Assembly: GCA_012295275.1 (NCBI GenBank)
Contig: CM022671.1
Span: forward strand, 5,828,001-5,892,000
From: Chrysomallon squamiferum
Taxonomy: Eukaryota > Animalia > Mollusca
Length of the DNA: 64,000 bases
Direction: 5' to 3'
Each line of letters begins with the position of its first letter. Position 1 is the stretch's first letter. A program made the translations under genes and the position numbers. A model generated the notes under the pieces. That model saw only the letters and a list, made by a program, of their open reading frames with translations, searched no databases and was not told where the DNA came from. Shown here piece after piece: positions 15,331 to 29,172 of this stretch.

Positions 15331-18300
15331 CTAACTTAAATCTGTCTCTGACCACGTGCTTTCCATGTCACTCCCTTCAAAGTCAGCCTGAAATATAAAC
15401 AAATAAATAAACTGATAATGATAAAAAAAATTCAATAAACTAAAAAAAAAAATAATGTAAATATAGTCATCTATTAATAATGTAATGTAATATAATATAA
15501 TATAACATAACATAACATAATATAATAAATATAATTGGATATAATGTAAACAAACTATTCAAAAAGAAACCAAATTTTTTTGAAAATAAAATTCATATCA
15601 TAATGAAATTAAATAATACACAAATCAACAAAAAATATTTTTAATAAATTAATTACAGGTAAACTATCTTCTTTTCTTCACCTTATAAAAAATCTTGCAA
15701 TACCTTTCATTTTATAATGCTTGCTCTCGCTAATTTTACATAAATTTTACTTTTGTTAACAAAACCTAGAACACGCAAGACTCGCAGAATAAGAGTTAGT
15801 AATGTTTTATTACATCATCGTTGTCACTGCCACCCATCTCCACCTCAACATCGTAGCTGCTCTCCAGCCCTCCTCCCTCATTGTGTTTCTCCAGTTTTAA
15901 CATGGCTTCCTGAGCTCGCTTGTTGTAAGGCTGCATCCTTTGAAAATGAGAAAAAACGTTTTTTTTATATATTAATATTTGTTCTTAATACACACACACA
16001 CACACACACACAATATATATATAAAAAAAACTTCATCACCATAAAGGACCCAGGCCGCACTTAGTTAACTGATAATATTTACCAGTAGTTATTTGGTTTG
16101 TGTTATTAAACCTTTCTGAATCAGTGATGTAGGAGACAGAAAGGACAAATACCCAGTGCCAATCAGCCAACAAAACAGTTACTGAGTTAGTATAAAATTA
16201 ATACATTACTTGATATTAATGTGTTAAATAAATAAATAAATAAATAAGTTTATTTAAATTAAAATGTATGGTAAAATTCTGTAACTCAAATTTTTTTAAA
16301 ACAAATTCAGGATGAAATCAAAATGATTATTAAACCATATTAAACATGTTTTACCTATCTTACATCAAAATTATGTAATATATAAACATCATCACACTCA
16401 TATTAAATTGATGTTATACTACATATTAAATAACGCAGACACTAATAAACGTGTATTATTTAACTTACGTCAGAGAGATGCTGTATTAAAGTGATGTTAT
16501 ACTACATATTAAATACCACTGACATTAATAAACATGTATTATTTAACTTACATCAGAGTGATGCTGTATTAAAGTGATGTTATACTACATATTAAATACC
16601 ACTGACACTAATAAACGTGTATTATTTACGTCAGAGTGATGCTGTATTAAAGCGATGTTATACTACATATTAAATAACACTGACACTAATAAACGTGTAT
16701 TATTTACGTCAGAGTGATGCTGTATTAAAGTGATGTTATACTACATATTAAATAACACTGACACTAATAAACGTGTATTATTTAACTTACGTCAGAGTGA
16801 TGCTGTATTAAAGTGATGTTATACTACATATTAAATACCGCTGACACTTATAAACATGTATTATTTACGTCAGAGTGATGCTGTATTCGTCCATGGCTTC
16901 CTGATGGCGACCAGCAGCTGTGAGAAAATCAGCCAACATCTGATGGAGTCTGGCAGTGTTGTGTGACACAAGATGCTGCTGTATCCTAACAAACAGAAAC
17001 ATTTCTTCTTTTTATTTCACAGTCTGGACACATGTTTTCAACATATAACATTCTCTCTTATCGTAGATAGAATATTTGTTTCTGTTTATGAGAACATTCT
17101 CATAAAAAAATTCCTTACTGCTAAATGATACCCAAAAGAGATTTTCTTCTCTCATATGACAGTTAGTTATCAAACCTAACTGACATATTACTATTAATAA
17201 TAAAATATTATAAACAAATATTTATTAATATTCTCATATTGCTAGATAAAAATATTTTAAAAATATATATTTGACATGTAACTATGTAAAAAGTAACTAT
17301 TAATAATAATAAATTACAATAAATAAATATTTGTTAATTTTCTCATATTTCTAGATATTAAAAAAACCCATTTTATTTGACCTATAACTATTAGTAAAAA
17401 AATATGATAAATACATATTTATTAATGTTCTCGTACTTCTAGATATTAAAAAAAGTTATAGTTGATATGTTGTTTATAATATTGATGTTGTTGGTGTTTT
17501 ACTAACAGTTTAATTCCTCTCTGGTGGTCCTGTCCCTGTGCGATGATGTCGGCCAAGATGTACACAGCGTCAACATGTGACGGATCCATCTCCATCGCCT
17601 TCATCAAGTATGGCTCAGCCTGATGTAGATAATAATAATAATAATAATAACAATAATAATAATAATAATAATAACAATAACAATAACAATAATAACAATA
17701 ACAATAACAATAATAATAATAACAATAACAATAACAATAACAATAACAATAATAATCATAATCATAATAATAATAATAATAACAATAACAATAACAATAA
17801 CAATAATAATAATAACAATAATAATAAATAATAATAATTAATAATAATAACAATACTAAATAACGACAACAACAACAATTAAGAAACAACAATAAAGATA
17901 ATCATAAAATAATATTAACAATTGATCATCATCATGTTAATAGTAATAATCATCATGTTTACAGAAATAATAACAGAATAAAAATAAAAATAAAAGAAAT
18001 AATAATAACTAGATATCTGAGAACTGGCTATCTAAGAATGAGGAAGAAAGAAAATGATTTCTATTTAAACTGTCAAATACATGTATAAAAAACCCCCAGT
18101 GGTTTACTGCACTGCTATACATTAACTAAGAACAATTTATTACTAATACAACTTTTTTCTCTTTAAATATTAAATAATTTTTACCTTTGCCACTGTGTTG
18201 GTGTCTTTAGCAAGAACAGAAGCATAGAGCTGAAAAGAAACAACAAACTTTTGTCAGAACTGATTATAAACTTTGTTGATGTATCCATACCTAAATTTAT

Positions 18301-19704
18301 CTAGAATTACAAAATAATTTAAATACACTATGGCATGATCAATGTGTGTGTGTGTGCATACATACACAAAATACCAATATATTGATGTAGCATTTTAAAT
18401 AAAAAACATAAAACCAGTAGTTGTATAATAATAAAAACTTACAGTAAATGTACGAGCACTATTTCCAAGAGTTCTAATCATTCTGCTAGCCCAAGTCAAA
18501 GCATCCTTGATTCTGTTGTTAGCCAAGTAACATTCTATCAGACCTGAAACAAGAATAAACTTTGTTTTTAATCCCAGAATGCACCGATTCATTTTCTGTC
18601 ACAAGCTATTTAACTTACTCTACACGAGAAAACATCAGTTAATTTTCTCTCACAACTGTCCCCTGTTACTGAGTGTAAAACACTTCTTTAAGAGACCACC
18701 CCTAAAATACATTAAGTTTACTTTCTCTTATAACTATCCATACATTTAATAATTCAGACAAAATAATACTTTAGAGAAAATCCTTTATTTTAGCTGCACA
18801 GAACATTGTAAACTTTTTTTTGATTGTTGTTCATAAGGAAAGGTTAGTATATATGGGAAAGTTCTGAAAGAGTATGTGTGTGTTAAATGTGATAAAATAA
18901 ACACAAATAAAAAACACAAATTTAAAAAAGCTGGGGTAAACAACTGTGATAAAAATAAACAAGAATAAAAAAGCTCAAATTTAAAAAGATTAAAAAAGAT
19001 TGTTAAAAACTATAATAAAATAAAAAATGTTTTTAAAAATTCATGTTTTTTTTTTTAAAGTGTTAAAAACTGATAAAATAAACAAAAGTAAAACATCACA
19101 AATTTAAAAAAAAATAGGTTTAAAAACCGTGAAAAAAATAAACAAGAATAAAAAAGCTCAAATTAAAAAAAAAAGATTCTCAAAAACTATGAAAAATAAA
19201 TTTAAAAAATAAAACTTGTTAAAATCTGATAGAAAAAACAACAAACAAGAACCAAAAAATCTGAAATTTTAAAAAAAATATGTTAATAATCCACTGAGGC
19301 TGCTCACCGCTGTATGCCTCAAACCGATGTGGAGCCACTCTGACAGCCTCCATGAAGTGCAGCGTGGCATCGTGAAGTTTTTTCAAATCTAACAACGACG
19401 AAGCTTTCAGCAGCAGAGCCTGGATAGACCGAGGATCGAGAGTGTATGCCTGGAAAACATAAACATTAATTTAAAAAACACCTGTGTGAAATGTTAATTT
19501 ATAAAAACATCTGCTAAATAAGTAATTTATAAACACATCTGTTAAATATTTAATTTATAAATACATCTACTACATGAGTAATATGCCATTTTCATACAAA
19601 GCATAAGGTGCTGTGATTTTTCAAAGACTTTGCTTTCTGAATTTTTAAAAACATTAATTTATTTATTTTATTTTATTTTTCTAATTACATCTCTCTATCT
19701 ATCA

Positions 19705-19762
<58 letters not shown>

Positions 19763-22700
19763 ATATATATATATATATAAAAAATTAGAAAAATAAAATA
19801 AAATAAATAAATCATTTCAAAATAACTCTTAACCTTTTGTGCAAAATAAACTGCTCGAATTGATCTTTCCTTTATCTTGGTAAAATTCAACATGGAGTAG
19901 TAACCCATGGCAACCCAAGATTCTGCCGCATTCTCTGAGACTCCCATCAGTCTCTGTGCTAATCTGAAATTAAATAACTTGAAAATTATAAAATGGAAAC
20001 AGAAATATAATAAATAAACAAATACAATTTTTTTTCTTCAAAAATCCAATATTTTTTCAGTAATGATTTTTCACTGCTATTTAATGTTAAAAAAATGGTG
20101 GTGTTAATTAATAAGACTAAATAGATTTCATATATTTTCAAGTTTTTCTCTTTTTCGTTACAGAAGATGAAAGCTATATTCTTTCTTAGATTACTATTTG
20201 TATTTAGGCTGTTTTTTGAAGCATTAAACATACAGATGTATATTCACTATTGTCATGTATATTAATTAACAAACTCCTTAAGTAAATTATCCAATACACT
20301 AAATATGTAAATTTACTAATACACTAAATATGTAAATTAACCGATACACTAAATATGTAAATTAACTGATATCCTAATTATGCAAATTAAATATGCAAAT
20401 GAGCTTACTGTGACAGTTCTGTGACTCGTGTTTCCTGGGACAACAAGTAAGCGTACAGGTCCATGTTCTTCATACACAGCGGATCCAAACTGTGAGCCTG
20501 CAAGTTAAAACACATTTTACATTTCAACATGTTTTATTTACATTTAGGTACAAACTTTACTTTTCAACATTTTTCATTTATATTTAAATACTAACATTAT
20601 ATTTCAACAAAAAATGTTTTATTAACATTTAAATACAAAATTTACATTTCAACTCAAAACATTTACATTTCAACTCTTAACTTACATTTCAACACAAAAT
20701 GTTTTATTTTCATTTAATTACAGAATTTTACATTTCAGCATAATTAAACTTCACAATCAAAAACTAACTTTTACATTTAAATACTAAATTTTACATTCCA
20801 ACAGAAAACACAGTTCAACATAAACAATTTACATTTAGATACAAAACATTAAATTTGAACTAACTCATTAACAGCATTTTTAACGACAAACGGGTGTTTA
20901 AATTCTAAATTAAAATTAAATTTGTTACATAGTTCACTAACATAACAACATACTAACTCTTTGTAAAACTACTAAAGCATCAGCATATCTTCCTTCATAG
21001 AACATCGCTTCTCCGATACAGTTCAACAGTGGAACACTGTCTCTCAGACAAGTCTGAAACAAACATCACATCATGGATATATATTTATATATTTTTCCAT
21101 ATATATATATACATTTACATGTATTACTATTTTCATCTTGAATTTTCTGTAATATTTTTGTAAAACAATAGAACACAGTAAAAAAAATTTTTAAAAACAA
21201 TTTAATTCTTATTTTCATCTTGAAATATTTTTAAAAAGAACAAAAATGTTAAAATTTTGTAAATATAAATTAAAACTCTTTAGTCAAATTTTCATTTTTT
21301 TTTTCTTTTTATTTATTATTTTCTGAATTAGTCTATAAACTTATTGCAATAAAAGATCAAATATTGCATTTTGAATCAACTTTAATATAATTTCTTTTAT
21401 CTGGATTTTAATCAAAGATCAATAAAAACTGCCAGAGACTTCAAGAATGAGTCATTTATAAAGAATTAAAACTGAAAAGAAAAAAAACAGAGAAATAAAA
21501 TTGAGATAAAAACCTTCTTATCCATGTTTCTGAACGTTGTCACAGCATTTGTGAATTCTTTAGCAGCTACTTGGGCATGACCTTTCAACCAACCATGTAA
21601 CCTTGAAACACAATATACATTAATTTTTTTTTATTTTACCAACATTACACAAAATCTTATGAAAAACTTTGAAACAGTTGCAAGGCACAGATATCAAAAC
21701 AACTGAATATTTGCTGCTTATTAAAACCTCAAAACAAAAAAAAAAAAATTTTGTGCCGATCTCAGTTGAGAATTGTATAATGATGATGAAGTAGAAAGAG
21801 AAACTCTTACTACAAACTGTTATTTTTTCTTACTGTTAGCAATAAGCTGTCTTTTATTTTCATGTTTACATAGAAATGAAAGCAGATGTCCATATTCTTT
21901 GAGAAACAGTGACAGGATAATGGCAGACAAATCAGAGGACAAACTAAGAAAGATTGATTCTGGGACTTATCTTTTCTTTATCAAATATACTATCATTCTG
22001 GGATAGCCTTACAAAAATAAAACAAATAAAGACTAAACAGAAATATAAATTTTAAAATAACTGAACTTTTAAGGTGTTATTAATACTTAAAATTTTCCCA
22101 TCTTATGGTTTAAAACTATAAATTATCATATTCTTTACACAATTATGTAACTATTGATAAATAACACATGATGGTAATAAATATTAGTTTAAATGTAACT
22201 TTATGTCATCAAAATAAATGTAAAATTTTATTTTTTTTTATTTTTATACCATTCCACATTGGCTCCGTGAGGCAGGTTGTTTGTGATGAGTGAGATGACA
22301 TCGGCTCCTTTCATTCCTAGTGACAACAACCCCATCGCTGCCTCCAGTGCCAATGGCTGTTCTCTGCAAAAATGAAAATGTATTTAACAACACCAAAACT
22401 CATGTTGAATTAACAGCTATTAAATGTGGTTTCATATGATGTTACATGACAAAAGAAATATGCCGCTATGATTTTGTCAATTCTCTTATGAGTTCAGCAG
22501 CAAGGGATCCTTTCTATGTACTTTTCTATAAACAAGTAAAAATAAACCATGAACAAATTTAATGGACAAAAATTTTATAAATATCCAAATTTCTTGTTTT
22601 AAAAACAAATTTGCTGTCCCATTAAAAAAAAGATATATATATACATGTAATAAAATTGGTAGTTTTAAAATTTACCTTAAAGTTTAATTTTCAAATAAAA

Positions 22701-24959
22701 GGAAATCCATTTTTTATGTTGTTTCTCATACAATAAACAACAGGGACAAGAAAAATAAATATCCAATTTTAATTTCATAAATAAAGAAAAATACATATCC
22801 AATTCTAACGTAAAAAATAAATAAAGATAAATATCAAATTCTAACAAATAAAGAAAGATAAATATCAAATTTTAACCTAAGAAATAAATAAAGATAAATA
22901 TTCAAATCTAACCTGACAACTTCCTTGTAACATGTCATGGCTGAACGATCTCTTCCCTCTCTGAGGTTCAGTTTGGCTAAAGCAAGGTTAACTTTGGCTG
23001 TTCTTTGTTTTGTGTTGATACTCTCCAACTTTCACACAGTAAAATAAATCACAAATCAGTGTTTTTAAAAACAAAATGTAACATTAACAGCTAACAAAAA
23101 AACAACCAAAAATACTTCTGATGAAAAACATAACGAACACTTCATATAAAACAGCAGTTTCTATTTTTTTTAAATACTTCTAGAATGGGATACTTGGTTA
23201 TATTTTTGCTAACCCAGTTTGACTGAATAAAATTCAGATAAAAAAAAAAAAATTATAATAATATGAAAAATTCAGACAATAATTTTTGCTGTATTGTTGT
23301 ATTTTTTTGGACCCCTGGGGGTAACTGCATCCCCTCCCCTCTTCCTTCCCTAGTATCTGTGACTCACCACATTCAAAGCTTCTACTGTGTGTTTTAGATG
23401 ATCCAAACACTGATACAGTTTGTATTTAACCTCAACTTCTGAGGAAACATCCTGCACAAATATGAAAAAACAATTAATAAATATCAATGTCATACAGTTT
23501 GGATAACAAAAATAACAACAAACAACATTATAGCTTACATTTTATGAAAGAGAAAAATAGAACCAAAATTAACACTTCTCAAACTTTTTGATCATATCTG
23601 ACAATGTTATTTTTAAAGAAAAAACAAAACATTCAAACATAAACTGTTTAAATACTGTTTAATTTTAATTCACAAGATAAAATATATTTTACAGAACACT
23701 TCCATAATAACTTAAAGCAGACACTAAGCACTAATATGTCTGCACCATTGCACATAAAACAAACAATAAATTAACATTACCATACTGTAAGCTAACACTA
23801 AAAAATATTGCCCTGTCATAGTTTTTCAGAAAGAAAAAGTGACAATACATAACAACTAACAACTGATATAAACACAAAGAAAATTTTGGTGGATTTTTCT
23901 GAATCCCTCAATGAAAATGTTTGTCAAGTTTTTCCAGACCTTTCAATGATTTTCACCATTTGACAAGTCATATGTTTTCAAACACAGGAACTATGACTAT
24001 GTGAGGGTGGTATCAAACAGAGGCTTAAGACAGAAGGATTATAAATATTTAAAATGATATCTTATTTATTTGCAAAACTGCATTTTGTGAAAAAAAAAAA
24101 AATTACAAAAAAAAAAATAAAAGGTTATTGTTAAAGAAAGAATAATTATATACAGCCACAAATATTGTTCTATTAAAAAAAAAAAAAAAAAAAAAAAAAA
24201 CCTAATATTAAAAGTAATATTGAATTATTATAAATTGAAAGTAAATTTTGTTAATTCTGAAACACATACTGCAGAACTTCCATGTTTTCCTTTTGTCTTG
24301 TTGATGGCCTTCTTCAGAAGCAAAGATCTTCTGTAAACACCCTGTTTTAAAAATATTTATAAAAAAAAATAATAATAATATAATAATTTTATCTGTCCTA
24401 AACCACACAATTTTTTTTACTGAAAATCAGATTCCTTATGAAATGAAGGTGATTTTTATACCATCCTTCATTTCTGTTTTATATTTCCTTTCATTATTTG
24501 ATTTTGTTAATTTATATGAATTCCTGATATAAAAAATACACTAAACAAAAGGCATGTTTTGTGTACCAAATATCAATATTTGTAACAAATAACAAACATA
24601 ATATCATTTGTAAGAAAATAATTGTTTTATTTATTTCAATTTATTACTATTATTATTTTAGAAATTTTATATTATTATTTCTAACAATGCTGTTGAATTT
24701 GTTTCATTCTTTAATTTTTTATTCATTTATTTTTTTATTATTCATATAGAAAATACTTTATCTCAATGATAATTAATTATTTTCCTTCAAAATTTCAACA
24801 TTTTTACTTTAATCTTACAATTTTTCATATTTACAAAAACAATAATTTCAGAATAAAATAAACTTTAATACATACAAATGTTTAAGTTACTTCTAATACC
24901 TGAATTCTTTCTGTGTTTAAGTTTGAGAAAAACTAATTTTAATACATATAAATGTCTTC

Positions 24960-25002
<43 letters not shown>

Positions 25003-25579
25003 CCTCTGCCTTTTTATATTCACCAAGGTAGAAAAGAGCGTCACCATAATATACCAGACACTGGTACTTTTGTGGAAATGACAAGACGTCTGCATCTGTG
25101 TTGTTGTCACACACTGACAAAACCAGCGATGCCTAAAATACATTATTAATTTTATAATCGCAGCTCAAAGGTTTGTATTCATAAAATAAAATAAAATAAA
25201 AAAGATTTTGTCAAATTATTTTAACCGAGTAATAACATTTAAATAACGATATAACTGTCGTTTAATATTTCATTTTTAGAAATATTAATATTAAAACACA
25301 TTTTGTAGCTTAAGAATTCGACTTGTAATATGATTATTTGGAATATCTGACTTCCAAGATCAAAGCCTCAAGGCGAATTAGTTTAAAATTAACTGATACT
25401 TACGTTAGTCAACTTAGTGTTATAAATAAAATATGAAACAATGCCTGCTTGTATGTAACAAAATAGTCTAATAGATGGCCGAGTCTAAATTATTTAGCAT
25501 GTTAATAGCTTACGACAAGTTTCAGATCGCCATAGAGTTCCGCTTGATGCAGCTGCTTTATATTTTCGAATAATGCCAT
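15331..25579 (-). CDS. ANAPC7: Anaphase-promoting complex subunit 7 (TPR protein), complete, 17 exons, 560 aa
   Basis: Exons: 25579-25514 (ATG), 25132-25004, 24341-24270, 23451-23368, 23028-22913, 22363-22250, 21601-21514, 21053-20958, 20497-20409, 19963-19834, 19449-19308, 18543-18443, 18229-18185, 17619-17507, 16985-16869, 15937-15814, 15387-15331 (TAG). Total 1683 nt, in frame. Motifs QKYQCLVYYGDALF, SEVEVKYKLYQC, QRTAKVNLALAKL...YKEVVREQPLALEA, APHRFEAYSGLIECYLA and acidic tail DFEGSD..W are typical of APC7. Confidence 0.95.
16402..16887. repeat. ~78-83 bp tandem repeat (~6 units) in ANAPC7 intron 15, containing copies of the exon-15 end and its splice donor
   Basis: Unit gtcagagtgatgctgtattaaagtgatgttatactacatattaaataacactgacactaataaacgtgtattattt(aactt)ac; the last copy overlaps the exon end at 16869. 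Confidence 0.95.
17630..17855. repeat. (AAT/AAC)n microsatellite in ANAPC7 intron
   Basis: Direct reading of the sequence. Confidence 0.95.
22380..22540 (-). mobile_element. Degenerate SINE-like fragment in ANAPC7 intron
   Basis: Contains cagcagcaagggatcctttctatgtac, also seen in diverged form at 14190-14215; the flanking tatttaacaacacc block resembles the tail of the same remembered gastropod SINE. Confidence 0.45.
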
Positions 25580-26026
25580 TTAATTTAGCAAAGGTTCAGT
25601 AACTGAAAAAGAAAGGTTCCCTTTTATTTTGTTCAGAAATAAAGCTATTGCTCTCCCTTGAATAAAGAGAGTGCTCTCCCATTAATAAACTTCACTGGTT
25701 TCAAATACCTATTTAATTAATATTTGAAACCGATCTGCGCATCAAATATAAAAATCATAAAACTTTTAAAGTATCAAAATTTTTAGTTGTCGCATGCATT
25801 GGGATTTGCCTACATGTATTAATTGGGGAAATTATATTTGATCCAGTTTGTCATTTACCAAATTTAATTTAAAGGTATATAATTATAATATATCCCATTA
25901 TCCATTATCTCCCATAACTAAGCTGCTGTTTTATTTGGATGAATAATATTAATATTATGTGACTTGTGATATTGTAACATTCACATACATTGTTTGTTAT
26001 GATACATTTCGACTTTCACATTACAG
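25580..26026. promoter_or_regulatory. Bidirectional promoter between ANAPC7 (-) and PTRH2 (+), with putative non-coding PTRH2 exon ending at 26026
   Basis: The ANAPC7 ATG is at 25579. A plus-strand donor cag|gtaatt at 26027 and an acceptor ttccag at 26511 lie just before the PTRH2 ATG. CpG is locally present, with an inverted TTTGAAA pair at 25697-25731 and a ZNF143/Staf-like gcatgcattgggattt at 25792-25807. Confidence 0.7.
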
Positions 26027-26380
26027 GTAATTTCTAACTCTAAGCTATTAGTTTAATTATGTAAAATGATGGATTTATAATGAAAATTTTAAAAATAACT
26101 ATGAGCATGAATATACCTGTGAGTGATATTTTAATAAAAATTGTGCATGGGGAGGGAATTGTAAGACATTTTTACAATTAAAAAGTGCCCTTTGGTCCGT
26201 TAGCAGAGATTTTACTCAATATTTTGGAACAAGTTTTTGTTTCGTTTTACTGTTAATGGAGATAGTGAGATACAAAAATTTAATTTAAAAAGTAAACCCA
26301 CTTTTACTTGTCACACTTGTCAAATCAGTAATTTTTTCCGATGTAAACAGCGGAACAGTGCTAATGTTTCTTCTTCTTTC

Positions 26381-26411
<31 letters not shown>

Positions 26412-26519
26412 TTACATGGCGTTTTACTTTCAAGACCAGTTTTGTTTATAAAAGTAAATAAATAAAATGTATTATAAATATGTTTTATTTAATGTTATCG
26501 TTTTATTCCAGGTGTTAAA

Positions 26520-27178
26520 ATGTTTGTCACAGACAATGTTGTGATGCCTGTGATTACAGCGTTTGGTGTTGGAGTTGTGCTAGGATGGATTTTGAAGTCT
26601 AGAGGAAGCAGAGTGACAGCAACACTGTTAGGAATGTCTAGTTCAAATACAAAAAGTCAAGTGAATTCAATAGTAAGTATTGGGAGGTGTCATGGTGCCA
26701 TTGCCTAAGGGGTTCATTATGACATCTAGGGGATATAAATATTTTGAACACTATGACAAGGATTAGTTAATTTTTCTTTTGTGACAGTAATTTATATATT
26801 TCCACTAGATAAAAAAACACATCAATCCTTTTACTTTGTAGGAGCTAACCATGCAAATAACAACATAAATAGAACAGGTCATATAAATGACTTTCACATG
26901 GAAAAATAAACATTTATGTTAATAGATAGTTTTATCATCTCTGTTACAAGGGAGTGCTTCTATTTAAAAACTGATTTTATGTTTATTTATTCATTCTTCA
27001 CATAATCATTTGAATAACTTAAATGTAAGAAGAATATTTTTTTTTTATAATAAAATATATTTTCATTTCAGATGTCGGACAGAGGTGAATACAAGATGGT
27101 TATTGTTGTGAGAAATGATTTGAAGATGGGAAAAGGAAAAGCAGCAGCACAGGTTTTTATAGATCTGCTGTTAAATGC

Positions 27179-27221
<43 letters not shown>

Positions 27222-29172
27222 AGACTGTGAACTTGTTATTTGAAATAAAATTCAAAAAGAAATTATGGTGACCACTAAGTTCAAAATATTAAAATTTAAA
27301 ACTGAAAACTTTGCTGATAACATGTCCAGAATATTTTTTATTTATTTTGATGACACTAGTATTTTTCATTTGTTTCAACAAAATGTTTCTGCTTCTAATA
27401 TATTTATGATTTATGTCATTTTGAAGGATTTAAGTTTTTGCATGTAAATATCTTTTAAATATTTCAGGTTATTTCATTACTTTTTCTTACAGCCTGCCTC
27501 CCTAATGATGAGGTAGAGCAATAAAATAACAAGTGTTATTTCCCTTTTTATCATTAAGTTCCGATGCAGAATACATATTTCATCTGAAAACCAAAAAAAT
27601 ATTTGAACATAAATTTTACCAATATAAAATATTACAAATTGATGGTTATTTGAATATATATATATATATTTTTTATTTTTTAGAATTACTGGATGTATGT
27701 ATTATTGTTAAAAAAACAAAATGATGTTTTTGGTTTCAGTGTGCCCATGCTGCAGTGTCAGCTGTTGAGAATCTGTACAACACCGATAAAGCGTTGCTGT
27801 ACAAGTGGAAGCGATGTGGTCAGCCCAAAGTTGTAGTTAAGGTTGAAGATGAAGCAAGTTTGTAAGTTTGAAGTATGTTATTTTATGAGTAAAGTTGTTA
27901 GGTTCGTCGATTTTGGTGGGATTTTAGCATTATTGTTTTTAAAGTGTTTTTAAGGACAAACAACAACAAAATTAAAATAAAACACAACAACATTTATTGA
28001 AATATGCAATAGATATATAATAGTAAATAAATATAAATTATCAATGAAAATATAATATTAAAAAGTGTTTTAAAAAATATCACTATTAGACATAAAAGTA
28101 GATTTGTAAACATTTTTTAAAAGTGGTGAAAACATTTAAAAAAAAGATACATGCAGGTACACACAGAGTACCACATCAAATTAAGTATGAAAACAAATAT
28201 TTTAATATCTTTAAATAGGTTTGTTGGATGTATAATTTAACTGTTTGAGGGATTAGTGCAGATTAATTTCAATGCAGCTGAGACATCTTAATCTATTATA
28301 TTCTGGCAAATTTTATCATTTTTATTGTATTTTTATTTCACTTGAACATCCTCCAAGATCCAACATTCAGTGCATTTCTGCTACATTTCAAATATTACAA
28401 CTAGAATGATTTGACACACAGTATCATAAACTGCATTTAGTAGCTTTAAGCACGTAGCCCAATTTAAAAATTTCATGTTTATGAAACAAAAGAACAAAGA
28501 TTCTGTATGATGTAGTATATGATTTAACTGACATTACAAAACAAAGTGGAAATTTCTGTTAATCTCAGATTGGCTGTAGCTGAACGAGCTGCCACTGTGG
28601 GTTTGGCAACAAGTATAATCCGGGATGCAGGTCGGACACACAGATTGCCCCAGGATCAAAAACAGTACTTAGCATTGGTCCAGGTACATCTACAATCATT
28701 TATATCATAAATAATATTGTTAAATCAAGTGTATTTGAATTGCCGTTACCTTGCCAACTGGAAATGTTCAGTTTAAGTCATGCTGAAATTTTTGATATGC
28801 TTCCTTAAAATTATCCTTTAATTCAAAATAATCTGAGGAGAAACTGTTTAGTTTTTCCTTAAGTTTTAAAATAAAATAAAATAGATCTATTATGGTGTGT
28901 ATTTTGAAAAACTGGAACCATCCTGATTAAAAATAAAATTAGTAGTAACAAGTTAAATATTTAATAATGATTTTTTAAACAGTTACTGGATTATTAATTT
29001 AATGATGGTCTGCAAGTGAAATTAGGTGTAGTATGATGTTAGAGACAAAATTATGAAATTTGTTTAAAACGAGGACAAAGTTTGAGACTGAAACTAAATA
29101 ATGATTTTATTTCTAATTTCAGGGCTCGCCTTTGAAGTAGATAAAGTGACAGGACATTTAAAACTTTTTTGA
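26520..29172 (+). CDS. PTRH2: Peptidyl-tRNA hydrolase 2 (Pth2/Bit1), 5 coding exons, ~172 aa if a 2-nt insertion in exon 4 is removed
   Basis: Exons 26520-26672, 27072-27152, 27740-27861, 28569-28683, 29123-29172 (TGA). It has an N-terminal hydrophobic anchor and the motifs [46 protein letters not shown][[15 protein letters not shown]] and [17 protein letters not shown] at 29203-29208. An extra CA at about 28636-28642 shifts the frame. Confidence 0.93.

Noticed and set aside
18817-18840. ttttgattgttgttca resembles the 5' part of miR-315
   Set aside because: The 3' half mismatches and no pre-miRNA hairpin is evident; likely a chance match in T-rich sequence.
15938-23030. Three AAG 3' splice sites in ANAPC7 (23029, 21602, 15938), considered as possible U12 introns
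   Set aside because: Their donors (GTGAGT, GTATAA, GTAAAT) lack the U12 GTATCCTT consensus; AAG acceptors are uncommon but ordinary.
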